Positions 9,566 to 19,010 of a DNA stretch of 64,000 nt are shown one piece after another. Source of the DNA: Lentisphaeria bacterium (GTDB lineage: Bacteria; Verrucomicrobiota; Lentisphaeria; JABSQK01; JAWLHB01); assembly GCA_041690595.1 (NCBI GenBank), contig JAWLHB010000001.1, positions 124,001 to 188,000 on the forward strand, in the 5' to 3' direction. Every line of letters starts with the position of its first letter. Position 1 is the stretch's first letter. The position numbers and the translations under genes were made by a program. Below the pieces are notes generated by a model. That model saw nothing but the letters and a program-made list of their open reading frames with translations. It was not told where the DNA came from and did not search any database.

Positions 9566-11445
9566 GAGTGCTGTCGATATTGCTTTTCGTGTTGTCGTCA
9601 TCTTCGCAGGCCTTGGAGGTGAGGGTCTGGCCGGAGAAGCTGTGGGTGAAGCCGGGAGAAGCGGTCGTGTTGCGGGTGACGAGCGAACCGGGTGCGGTCA
9701 TCGACTGCCGGGTGGTGCACCAGGTGGATACGGTTGCCGCCAGTTTCGAGGGAATGACGGATGGGGAAGGGCAGGCGAGTTTCAGCTTTACGCCGCCAGC
9801 CGACTGGGGGTATGAAGCGGTAGTCACGGCGGTGCTTGGCGAAGCGAGGGCGACGGCCAGCGAGGTCTTCTCCTGTGCGGCCAGCCCCTTCATGGTCGCG
9901 GTCGACTACAGCGTACCGGAAGTCTATGGGCACGATGTGCTGCCTGACGGTTCGCCGGCGCCGGAAGGGGAGGTGCAGAACCCGCAGCTTGCCGCGCGCA
10001 TCGATCAGCAGGTGGCGCGCTTTCGTCATCAATACCTGACAGTGGGGGAACTGATGGGGCCGGCGTTCTGCTCGTTCAGCAGCATCGTGCCGCCGGTACC
10101 CAACTATTATAAGGCAGCACACTACAACTACTCGGTCAATGCTATTCGTCAACTGATTCGTGAGCTGCACGATAACGGAATCGCCACCTTGATATACGTC
10201 AACGCGTGCGCCAGTGGCATTGCTGGAACGGAGTTTGCGCGGCAACATCCGGAGTACCTGGCGTATTCGGCAGACGGAACGCCATTCGTCGGCGGGTTGA
10301 GCCTTGCGCCGGTGGAGATCCATCAGTGGTACATCGAGAACTATCCGGATAGCATGAAGCAGGTGCAGGGGTGGTACAAGGAGAACCCGCGACCGGAGGC
10401 GGTGACGAACTACAAGCCAAAGTCGCTGCATGGCGGGTATCCTGGCTTCATCAATGCCTGGCTCGATTTTCGTGATCCGAAGCTGTCCGAAATCGGTGCG
10501 GAGAAGATCATCGAAGGTCAGGAATACTACGGGTATATGGGGGTTCGCTACGATGGGGAATACCGCGTGCCGTCCATCGGCGATCCGCTGGCGCCGAGCC
10601 GCGACTTCCGCGACTATCGCGGAGTGAAGCAGCCGGTCGGGCACGAGGCGGAGGAGATGACCGCGCGCAACCTCAACCTGGCGTTCGGCAAGATGCGTGA
10701 GCACGACCCGGACTTCCTGATCGGGCTGAACTACGCGGACTTTCGTAACGATGGGCGGGGCGCCGGCAGCGTGAAGGCGCCCGTCACCGGCAGCGTGTCG
10801 CCGGGCGTGTGGATCCTGGACGAAGTGGCGAAAGGGGCGCTGAATCCGTCGCATCCCGACCATCACTGGGAGGATTTCATCCGGAATATGTCGGAGCAGA
10901 ACGACCGTACGCGTCAGGTGGGCAATTATCTATTCGCCGGTTGGGGCGGCGGGCCGGGTCAGAAGGTCGTGGATACGCGGCAGGTAAAGGCGGTCTCGTG
11001 GGCCTGTGGGTTGCGCTGGATCTGTGGTGGCTACAGCAAGGCGCAATGGTTTGCCGACGTCAAGCACGAGTACAATCGCTTTGCCCTGCGGTACAGCCAG
11101 TACCTCTTCGACAACCGGCTGCGGCGGCTTTCGCCCGAAGAGGCCGCCGCTGTGATTACGGTCGAGTCCGGCAGCCCGCTGTTGTGGGAGCATTTCGTGC
11201 AGCGACTTGGCGATGAGTATATGGTGGTTCACCTGATCAATGCGCCGTTGGAGAAGGGGCTGACGGCGGATGCTCAGCCGCCGCTGCCGGCGGAAGGGGT
11301 GCGCATTACCTTGACGGGGGGAATGGGCGGGAGCAGCGTGAAGCTGGTCTCGCCTGAGCTGCCGGTGCAGGCACTGGAGATCGCGGAGGGGGCCGTTAGC
11401 GTGCCGCGCATCGAGAACTGGGGCATGCTGATCGTGACGCCATGA
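9562..11445 (+). CDS. Secreted TIM-barrel glycoside hydrolase-like protein (GH66/clan-D-like)
   Basis: Signal peptide, N-terminal Ig-like domain, IRELHDNGIATLIY, GVRYDG, WILDE; C-terminal beta-sandwich (VVHLIN); RBS AGGAGG. Confidence 0.6.
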   Translation: MRVLSILLFVLSSSSQALEVRVWPEKLWVKPGEAVVLRVTSEPGAVIDCRVVHQVDTVAASFEGMTDGEGQASFSFTPPADWGYEAVVTAVLGEARATASEVFSCAASPFMVAVDYSVPEVYGHDVLPDGSPAPEGEVQNPQLAARIDQQVARFRHQYLTVGELMGPAFCSFSSIVPPVPNYYKAAHYNYSVNAIRQLIRELHDNGIATLIYVNACASGIAGTEFARQHPEYLAYSADGTPFVGGLSLAPVEIHQWYIENYPDSMKQVQGWYKENPRPEAVTNYKPKSLHGGYPGFINAWLDFRDPKLSEIGAEKIIEGQEYYGYMGVRYDGEYRVPSIGDPLAPSRDFRDYRGVKQPVGHEAEEMTARNLNLAFGKMREHDPDFLIGLNYADFRNDGRGAGSVKAPVTGSVSPGVWILDEVAKGALNPSHPDHHWEDFIRNMSEQNDRTRQVGNYLFAGWGGGPGQKVVDTRQVKAVSWACGLRWICGGYSKAQWFADVKHEYNRFALRYSQYLFDNRLRRLSPEEAAAVITVESGSPLLWEHFVQRLGDEYMVVHLINAPLEKGLTADAQPPLPAEGVRITLTGGMGGSSVKLVSPELPVQALEIAEGAVSVPRIENWGMLIVTP

Positions 11446-13028
11446 GATACCTGCTGCCATTCCTGCTGGTGTCGCTCTGCATCCGCGGCGGTGAAGTCTG
11501 GAGCGACAACCTGTGGCCGAACAGCTCATTCGAGGAAGGGTTGTCCGGTTGGACGACGGATGGTGGAGTGGATCTGACGGATGGCCTGGCCTTTCATGAA
11601 CTCTCCGCGCTACGTGCGTCGAATGGAGGGGCGCTGAATTTCCGCGTCGTGTCGCCAGTGATCGAGCAGCCATCCGGCTGGTACCTGCTGTCATTCTGGT
11701 ATCGGGTCGAGCTGTCGGGTGCGGAGCGTCCATCGCTGCTGGTCTACGTGGATCGCCATGCGGGCACTGGAGCACGCCAGCGGCGGGACTCGATCTACTT
11801 CTACTACGGGCATCATGCCGATCCGGGGCAGTGGCAGCTGACCTTCCTGACTTTTCGTCTGCGGCCGGGAGACAGCGGGGTTGGCCTGAGGTTTGCGGTT
11901 GACAGCCACCTTTCATCCCTGGATATCGATCTGGTGCAGTTGCGCCGGCTGGACCCACCGGTGGGCGAGGGGGAGGTCACGTGCATCTACACGGATACCT
12001 ACGGCACACAGCGGGTGGCGGATGCCGACGGAGCCAACGGCTTTGCCGAGCAGGTGTCGGCAGGGAAGCAGACGCGCGGGGGCAAAACCGGTGGCAGTTC
12101 GCGGTTCGATAACCCGCCCGGTCTGTATCGTATAACCTTCCGCTTTCGCCAGATGGAGCCGGGTGAAGCAACGGTGACTCGCATTCGCCTGGCGACGGAC
12201 AGTGGCGTCACTATCGACGATATCACCGTCGACGATTTTGCCGGTGACGGAGAGTGGCGGGAGTTCAGCGTCTGGTCACTGTATCCGTTCGGTACGGGTT
12301 CGTTTCCTGGGTGGGAGTGGCTTGGCACCGGCAGCTACCGTTTCGCATCGGCCACGTATCGGCTGATGCGGGCGGTAACGCATCGAGAGGCGTGGGAGCT
12401 GCTGGCATCCGGCGTCGGGGCTGACGCGGCAGTGCCGGCGGGAGAGCCACTGCCGGAAGGTACAACGACATGGTTGGGCTTCGGGCTGTACACGGAGTTG
12501 ACGGGCGTGCTGCCGGCCCTTGAGACGGCTGGTCGGAAGGTTGCGGTCTCGTGGCTGGTCACCTCCCGCGGTGGCGGCATGTCGCTGGAGCCGCGGTTAC
12601 CTTCGCTTCAGGGGGTGAAGACGGTAGTGTTGGCCAACATACCCTTGCGCGCGCTTTCGCCGCTGGAGCAGCTGGCCATCCAGGCGTTTGTGAGGGGTGG
12701 TGGAATGCTGGTGGTGACGGGCGGATTTTACGCGTATGGCCATGGGGGCTACGCCGGCAGCTTTCTGGAAGAGAGCCTGCCCGTCACCGTCAGGGGAAGC
12801 TTTGACCTGGTGCGGGTGGAGGATCGGGCATGCTCCTGGCTGCATGATCTTTCGCCCCGCGAGCAGGCGACGACGGTGTGGCAGATCGAGGAGCGTCCCG
12901 CGCTTGTCGAGTGGTCATTTGGGAAGGGACGCGTGGTGGCGGTTGCCGCCACCGTACTGGGGCAACCCGAGGAGCCTTTCTGGGAAGCCACGGCATGGGG
13001 CGACTACCTTGACGGCCTGCTCCGCTGA
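11442..13028 (+). CDS. Secreted protein: CBM4/9-like domains + GATase1-like (DUF1355-type) C-terminal domain
   Basis: Signal peptide; NLWPNSSFEEGLSGW; VVLANIP...FVRGGGMLVVTGGFYAYG; ATGA overlap. Confidence 0.68.
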   Translation: MRYLLPFLLVSLCIRGGEVWSDNLWPNSSFEEGLSGWTTDGGVDLTDGLAFHELSALRASNGGALNFRVVSPVIEQPSGWYLLSFWYRVELSGAERPSLLVYVDRHAGTGARQRRDSIYFYYGHHADPGQWQLTFLTFRLRPGDSGVGLRFAVDSHLSSLDIDLVQLRRLDPPVGEGEVTCIYTDTYGTQRVADADGANGFAEQVSAGKQTRGGKTGGSSRFDNPPGLYRITFRFRQMEPGEATVTRIRLATDSGVTIDDITVDDFAGDGEWREFSVWSLYPFGTGSFPGWEWLGTGSYRFASATYRLMRAVTHREAWELLASGVGADAAVPAGEPLPEGTTTWLGFGLYTELTGVLPALETAGRKVAVSWLVTSRGGGMSLEPRLPSLQGVKTVVLANIPLRALSPLEQLAIQAFVRGGGMLVVTGGFYAYGHGGYAGSFLEESLPVTVRGSFDLVRVEDRACSWLHDLSPREQATTVWQIEERPALVEWSFGKGRVVAVAATVLGQPEEPFWEATAWGDYLDGLLR

Positions 13029-13123
13029 GATGTCGTGGCGGGGGATTGCATATGGACGGGGCGCGCGGAAGCGCCTATATTCCGTGTGACCTGATTCAGA
13101 TTCACGACATACGGGAGCGGCAG

Positions 13124-14176
13124 ATGCGGAAGATACGGGTGGCGATACTTGGGTATGGGCGCAGTGGCAGCGCGATGCATGCGGGTGCAATCGAGGCGAA
13201 CGAGCCATTCGAGATGGTGGCGGTGTGCGACACGGATCCAGAGCGGCAGCAGCAGGCGCGGGAACGGTTCGGTTGCGCCATCTACGATGATTATCATCGG
13301 ATGCTGGCGGAAGAGGAGCTGGATCTGGTCTGCGTGATCACACGCAGCGCGCAGCACTGCCAGATGACGTGTGACTGCCTGGAGGCGGGGGTCAACGTGC
13401 TGGTGACGAAGCCGTGGGCGGTGGACGGCGGGGAAGCGGAGCGCATGGTGGCGACCGAGGCGGCGACGGGGAAGCGGATCTTTCCCTGGCTGCCGGCACG
13501 CTGGGCATGCGATCTGCGCCGGTTGCGGGAGTTGCTGGCGGCGGGAACGATCGGCAATGTCTTTCTGGTGCGGCATGCGGTCTGCTCGTTCGGGACTCGG
13601 TGCGACTGGCAGACGGAGCGGGTGCATGGCGGCGGCTACCTTCTCAACTGGGGAGCGCACATTGTGGATCCACCCTGCGTGCTGCTCGATTCGCCGGTGG
13701 AGTCGGTCTATGGCCGGATGAAGCAGACGATCAATCCGGGCGATACGGAGGATCTGTTTCTGGCGATCATGAATCTGGCCAATGGCGCCATTGTGCAGGC
13801 GGAATACACGATCAGCACGGAGGATCTGCCGAGCTGGTTCATTCAGGGAGATGGTGGCACCATTGTCGTTCGGGGACATGAGATCACGGTGCACCAGAAG
13901 CATCCGGATCGTCCGGATGATCCGACCCGCTTTTCCAGCATGAAGGCGGGTGATCATGCGGCGACAGTCGAGACGGTGACGGGGGCGATCTGGGGTGACG
14001 AGAAGGAGATCTACGCGGAAGTTGCCCGCGAGCTTCAGGGTGGGGCGGCCTATCCGGTGCGCTCGGCGGATACGCTGCAACTGAGTCGCGTGTTTGACGC
14101 CATACGCATCTCCAGCGAGGAGAATCGGGTAGTCAGGCTTTCGGCGCTCGGCGGCGGCGGAACTGGGATGGGGTGA
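13124..14176 (+). CDS. Gfo/Idh/MocA family oxidoreductase
   Basis: IRVAILGYGRSG Rossmann motif; VLVTKP; GGGYLLNWGAHIVD. Confidence 0.9.
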   Translation: MRKIRVAILGYGRSGSAMHAGAIEANEPFEMVAVCDTDPERQQQARERFGCAIYDDYHRMLAEEELDLVCVITRSAQHCQMTCDCLEAGVNVLVTKPWAVDGGEAERMVATEAATGKRIFPWLPARWACDLRRLRELLAAGTIGNVFLVRHAVCSFGTRCDWQTERVHGGGYLLNWGAHIVDPPCVLLDSPVESVYGRMKQTINPGDTEDLFLAIMNLANGAIVQAEYTISTEDLPSWFIQGDGGTIVVRGHEITVHQKHPDRPDDPTRFSSMKAGDHAATVETVTGAIWGDEKEIYAEVARELQGGAAYPVRSADTLQLSRVFDAIRISSEENRVVRLSALGGGGTGMG

Positions 14177-15050
14177 GGCCGGTGTATTTGCGGAAGACGG
14201 TGGAGAAATACTGGCTGGAGGTGAAGCCGAGTTCGAAGGCGATATCGGTCACGGGTTTCGTGGAGTTGGCCAGCAGCTGCTTTGCTTCGCGGAGGCGCAG
14301 TTGGGTGAGGTAGTCGAGAGGGCTGAAGCCGGTGGCCTGGCGGAACTCGGTGCGGAAGTGGCTCGAGCTGAGGCCCGCCCTGTCCGCCGCATCGGAGATG
14401 CTGATGGGATCGCCCAGGTGCCGGCGGAACCACTGTATGGTTTCGTGGATTCGTGGCGGGATCTGCCGTTGGCCGGAGGCGGGTGCGCGGCCCCGCTCGA
14501 AATCGCGCAGGACATCGAAGCAGAGGAGGCGCAGGCAGGCACGAACGATGGCGGGAGACATCGGTCCCGGCTCGTGGTGTTCCTGGAGGATGCGCTGGAA
14601 GTGGCCGCGCAGCGATGGGGAGCCGGCGCAGCGGCGATAGGCGAGGGCGTCGAAGGCTTCGTGGAGCTGGCGGCTTTCGCGAGCGCCGAGGTCGAGGGTT
14701 CTGCCGGCTGGTGGAAGCACAATCTGCGCCCAGTACAGCTCGCATGGGTGCATGGCGCCGTCAATGCCGCCATGCCATTCACCCGGCCAGGTCAGATAGA
14801 GATCACCCGGTTCGACCTCGATGATCTCGTCGTCGACCCACCAGGTGGTTTGCCCGTCGACGAGATAGCAGATCTCGTGAGCATCTTCATGGCGGTGGTT
14901 GGCCAGCCCCTGCGCATCTGCTTCCGGATAGAGTGTCCAGCCGATCATGCGCAGCTCCGGCACGAGGCACTGCTCGTCCATGAAGACGGTTCGGGAGATC
15001 CTTTCCGGCTGTCCGCCAGCCGGCCGCTCCGGTGGATTCTTGGCGGTCAT
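14133..15050 (-). CDS. AraC family transcriptional regulator with cupin sensor
   Basis: HRHEDAHEICY cupin; IAFELGFTSSQYFSTVFRKYTGLTPSQFR. Confidence 0.92.
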   Translation of the reverse strand: MTAKNPPERPAGGQPERISRTVFMDEQCLVPELRMIGWTLYPEADAQGLANHRHEDAHEICYLVDGQTTWWVDDEIIEVEPGDLYLTWPGEWHGGIDGAMHPCELYWAQIVLPPAGRTLDLGARESRQLHEAFDALAYRRCAGSPSLRGHFQRILQEHHEPGPMSPAIVRACLRLLCFDVLRDFERGRAPASGQRQIPPRIHETIQWFRRHLGDPISISDAADRAGLSSSHFRTEFRQATGFSPLDYLTQLRLREAKQLLANSTKPVTDIAFELGFTSSQYFSTVFRKYTGLTPSQFRRRRAPKA

Positions 15051-15181
15051 GGGATTGCTCCATGTTTAATTTTCGACGGCGCGTTTTGTTGAACGTAATT
15101 CCGGTGGATGCGATGTCAATTAGGTGTTGCGCAGAAAAGCGCCTCTATATTATCACCCTTTTTCGAGATGAGGTTCTGTCG

Positions 15182-16201
15182 ATGGCAGGAGATACCAAGA
15201 TTCGCCGGTTGGATTGGTACCGTGTTCCCCTGGATTCGGACGTGCTGAAATCGCTGAATCAGCGCAGTGATGGCAAGGCGTTGGTGCAGGCCGGTGGCTA
15301 TCTGGCGCTGGTGGTGGGAACGGCTTCGCTGGCGATGTACGGGGCCGGGCGCTGGCACTGGGGGATCGTGCTGGGGATCCTCTTTGTGCATGGGACTATC
15401 TATGCCTTCATGATTAACGGGGTGCATGAGCTGGTGCATGGAACAGTCTTCAAGACCAAGTGGCTCAACGAGTTGTTCGTGCGCATCTTTTCGTTTATGG
15501 GCTGGTTGCACTTCAAGCACTTCAATGCGAGCCACATGGAGCACCACAAGTACACGCTGCATCCACCGGACGACCTGGAGGTGGTCCTGCCGATCAAACT
15601 AACGCGTAAGGACTATTTCAAGCATGCCTTCATCAGTCCGCTGGGGGCCTGGTATCGCATTCGGGAGGCATGGCGTCTGGCGCGCGGCAACTTCAAGGGA
15701 GAATGGGAGCTGAAGATCCTGCCGGCGGAACAGGAAGAGAAGCGTCGCGAGGTGCGGAATTGGGCGCGAACGCTGTTGATCGGCCATGGTCTGATCCTTC
15801 TCGTCGCGATCATCTTCCAATGGTGGCTGCTGCCGGTCGTGATCACCTTCGCGCCGTGCTATGGGAACTGGCTCTTTTACCTGTGCAACAATACCCAGCA
15901 TGTGGGGCTGCAGGACAATGTGGACGACTTTCGCCTCTGCTGTCGGACCATGCGCCTGAATCCGTTTGTCCGGTTCCTCTACTGGCAGATGAACTACCAC
16001 ACCGAGCATCACATGTATGCGGCGGTACCCTGCTACAACCTGGGTAAGCTTCACCACGCCATCCGCGACGAGCTGCCGCCGATAAAGGGGCTGGTCGGGA
16101 CATGGCTGGAGATCGGGGAGATCATGAGGATTCAGGCAGGCGATCCGGCGTATCGCTACGTTCCGCCGCTGCCTGAAGAGGCTCCCTACCCGTCAGCCTG
16201 A
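15182..16201 (+). CDS. Membrane fatty-acid-desaturase-fold di-iron enzyme, rhizopine oxygenase MocD-like
   Basis: His boxes HELVH, HMEHH, HTEHH; QHVGLQDNVDDFRL..RT..LNPFVRFLYWQMNYH typical of MocD-like proteins; TM segments. Confidence 0.85.
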   Translation: MAGDTKIRRLDWYRVPLDSDVLKSLNQRSDGKALVQAGGYLALVVGTASLAMYGAGRWHWGIVLGILFVHGTIYAFMINGVHELVHGTVFKTKWLNELFVRIFSFMGWLHFKHFNASHMEHHKYTLHPPDDLEVVLPIKLTRKDYFKHAFISPLGAWYRIREAWRLARGNFKGEWELKILPAEQEEKRREVRNWARTLLIGHGLILLVAIIFQWWLLPVVITFAPCYGNWLFYLCNNTQHVGLQDNVDDFRLCCRTMRLNPFVRFLYWQMNYHTEHHMYAAVPCYNLGKLHHAIRDELPPIKGLVGTWLEIGEIMRIQAGDPAYRYVPPLPEEAPYPSA

Positions 16202-16213
16202 CGCATCAGTGGG

Positions 16214-17524
16214 CTATACCGGAGTTGGGTGATACGTGGAGTAGCGGAAACCCGGGGAGATGGCCAGCCGGCGGCCGGGGATGGCGACGGAACTGCAGCC
16301 GCAGATGTAGCTGCAGGGATCCTGGCCCAGCTCGCCTTTCAGTTCGTCCCACATCTCGCGCGTTTCCGTGCTGACATAGAGGAGAACCTCGCTGTCCCAG
16401 CGGCGCACTTGCTGAATCAGGAACTGGTAGACCTTCTTCCTGGCGTCATGAGGGAAGGGGCCGGTGCGTTTCCCGGTCATCTCATCCTGGGCCGCTCGCG
16501 CCGCTTCCACATATTCGGGGTCGATCAGGTCGGGGCCGAAGGCATTGAGCATCGACTCGTAGGTGTTCCAGATGTAGAGGGAGAAGCCGATGGATTCGGG
16601 GGTGGTCAGGCTGAGTGCCTGCTCGATGATCTGGGCATACTCATCCTGCCAGTTACGGACGGGAATAACGGGTTTGAACTTGAAGCGGACGGGGATGCCC
16701 ATATCCTGGACCTTGCGCGCCGCGAGGAAGCGGTCGATGGCGAGGCCGGTGCCGGGCTCGATATCGCGCGCAACGGCTTCGCAGGTGACACTCCAGACGC
16801 CGACCAGGCGATCGCGATGGGGCATGTCGGCGAGCCATTCCACATTGGAGCTGGCGGTGTGGAAATGGCCCCAGCGGTCCTCGTACTGCGCGAGGGTGCG
16901 GGCGAAGAGCTCGTGCAGGCCGTATTCGGGCTCGAGGGTGACAAGGTCGGCGCCATCGAGGATCATGCGGAAGACCTTGTTCCATGGATTTGCTTCGATG
17001 ACCGGCCGGACCACCTTGGCCATGTATTCTTCGAGATTGAGGGCGATCGTGAGAAACTTGCCGTCGCGACCGGCGCCGCAGTACTTGCAGCCATGGGAGC
17101 AGCCGCTGACTGTGCCGAAATTGTAGGTGGGCCAGCAGACGCAGTTGTTCCGCTGATCCAGATGGTGGGGATGCTGATCGACGGCCGTGGTAAGGTGGCC
17201 ATAGATCCTGCGAATCATGCCGAGAGCGTCCGGCGCGCCGTCAGGGAGCAGCGGGGTCAGGTCGGGGCGCTTGTAGCTCATGTCCATGGTGTTGAAGACG
17301 ATCGGGCGCATGTAGGGGGAGATTGTGCCTGGCGGAACCGAGTCCGGAGGCCAGAGCACGGCCAACTCGGCCACCGTTTCAGCCAGGTTTTCCTCGGTGA
17401 TGCAGATGACCTCATCCGCTTCGCGTCCCATGGCTTCGAGCATGCGCTCCATGCGTTCCACGCAGCGTGGGTCGTCATAGACACGTTCCAGCGCGTAGAT
17501 TCTCAGCGGTGTCAACGGATACAT
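16214..17524 (-). CDS. Spore-photoproduct-lyase-like radical SAM protein (paralog A)
   Basis: GCSHGCKYC (CxxxCxxC); D..LEPEYG; VWSVTCEAVARDIEPG; FKPVIPVRNW. Confidence 0.82.
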   Translation of the reverse strand: MYPLTPLRIYALERVYDDPRCVERMERMLEAMGREADEVICITEENLAETVAELAVLWPPDSVPPGTISPYMRPIVFNTMDMSYKRPDLTPLLPDGAPDALGMIRRIYGHLTTAVDQHPHHLDQRNNCVCWPTYNFGTVSGCSHGCKYCGAGRDGKFLTIALNLEEYMAKVVRPVIEANPWNKVFRMILDGADLVTLEPEYGLHELFARTLAQYEDRWGHFHTASSNVEWLADMPHRDRLVGVWSVTCEAVARDIEPGTGLAIDRFLAARKVQDMGIPVRFKFKPVIPVRNWQDEYAQIIEQALSLTTPESIGFSLYIWNTYESMLNAFGPDLIDPEYVEAARAAQDEMTGKRTGPFPHDARKKVYQFLIQQVRRWDSEVLLYVSTETREMWDELKGELGQDPCSYICGCSSVAIPGRRLAISPGFRYSTYHPTPV

Positions 17525-17720
17525 CTTGCGTTCTCCCCGTTTTGCAGATGAAGTTCCTGTCGCTTCATCAAGGTAGAAAGGATTTTTATGGATACAAGCT
17601 CCAGAGTGGAATGGCGCATGTGGAGTTTGGACAATTTGTTCTGGCAGCTTGCGCAGGAATGGCATCCCGGCTATTTTGCGCGGGATGTAGGAATGGATGC
17701 TGAACCGGGGAGGGAGATAG

Positions 17721-19007
17721 ATGTATTCGCTGAAGCCACCTGCGATTTTTGTGCACAAACGGGTCTACCGCAATCCACTTGCAGTCGCGCGGATGGAGCG
17801 CATGCTGAAGGCGATGGGCGAGCCTACCGTGGAAGTGGTCGACACCGGAGATACGGAGATGATCGTCGAGCGAGCCGGTCTTGGCGGCGCGTGTCCGGCG
17901 TGGTCGGACGACCTGATGAACGGTTTTCTCAAGCCGCAGGGGGATCCGGTCATCGTCTTCAATACTTTTGTGTGGGACGAGGCCGAACGGGAGATGCCCG
18001 AGCGGAAGTACAAGTACCATGTGGCGAACCGTCTGGCGTGGACGATGGCCGGTGTGGGGGATGACTTTGCGTACAGCAAGCGGGAGGTGATAGACGCGGA
18101 TCATCACCCCGAGCGCAGCTTTGTGTGCCAGGGGGGATGGGGGTTGCACAGCCTGAACGGGTGCGTTCACCGGTGCGCGTACTGCGACCAGGCCTTCATC
18201 ATGACGATCATGCTCGACCTGGAGGATTTTGGCGAGCAGGTGAGCCGCACGCTTGTCGAGCGTCCGCATCAGAAGCTCTACCGCTACGACATGTACAGCG
18301 ACTCCATCTGTTTCGAGCCCGAGTATGGTGCATCGCAGATACTGGCGGACGTCTTTGCGAAAAGCAAGGATCAGTACCTGCTCTTCTACACAAAGAGCAA
18401 CAACGTCGACCACCTCCTGGAGTTGAGGAACCGAGAGCGCTGCGTCTTTTACAACACGCTTGCCTCGGAGCATGCGGCGCGGGAGTTCGAGCCGGGGGCG
18501 CCGTCGCTGGATCAGCGAATTCAGGCCCTTCGCCGGTGCCAGGAGGCCGGCTATACGGTACGCGTGGGTTTCTCGCCGATCATCCCGATTCGCGAGTGGC
18601 GCGAAGACGCCACTGCCGCCATCGAGAAGCTATTTGCCAGCGTTACTCCGGACACGGTGCGCTTGTGGGTGGTCTCCATGACACCTGTCCCGCAGTTCGA
18701 CGGAGCGCTGGGCTTCGGCCGCATGGATCCGCGGCTTGCAGACATGGCCATTCGCGCCAATCCCGCCGAGGTTGGGCGGTGGAATTCGCCGTTTCCAGTG
18801 GAGGCGCGGGCCGAGATCTATGCGCATTACATCGATGAGATCCGCCGTGTCAGCCCCCGTACGCCGGTCTCGCTCTGCAGCGAGTCTCCCGACGCCTGGG
18901 CGCTGTTGAAGGGCAAGTTGCGGATGTCTCCGGACCACCTGTTCTGCTGCTGCGGTGGCACAAGTATTCCCCGTGCGCCAAAGCAACGCGAATCTCTGGA
19001 GGTTTGA
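17721..19007 (+). CDS. Spore-photoproduct-lyase-like radical SAM protein (paralog B)
   Basis: GCVHRCAYC; SD..FEPEYG; YTKSNNVDHLL; EPGAPSLDQRIQAL; FSPIIPIREW. Confidence 0.85.
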   Translation: MYSLKPPAIFVHKRVYRNPLAVARMERMLKAMGEPTVEVVDTGDTEMIVERAGLGGACPAWSDDLMNGFLKPQGDPVIVFNTFVWDEAEREMPERKYKYHVANRLAWTMAGVGDDFAYSKREVIDADHHPERSFVCQGGWGLHSLNGCVHRCAYCDQAFIMTIMLDLEDFGEQVSRTLVERPHQKLYRYDMYSDSICFEPEYGASQILADVFAKSKDQYLLFYTKSNNVDHLLELRNRERCVFYNTLASEHAAREFEPGAPSLDQRIQALRRCQEAGYTVRVGFSPIIPIREWREDATAAIEKLFASVTPDTVRLWVVSMTPVPQFDGALGFGRMDPRLADMAIRANPAEVGRWNSPFPVEARAEIYAHYIDEIRRVSPRTPVSLCSESPDAWALLKGKLRMSPDHLFCCCGGTSIPRAPKQRESLEV

Positions 19008-19010
19008 TCC

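Noticed and set aside
13063..15151. Shared GCGC..AAGCGCC..TATATT motif upstream of the Gfo (13063) and MocD-like (15129) genes
   Set aside because: Short, needs gaps, and is largely explained by a common -10 hexamer
16214..19007. Naming the radical SAM genes splB
   Set aside because: Key SPL Tyr/Cys residues appear absent, there are two paralogs, and there is no sporulation context
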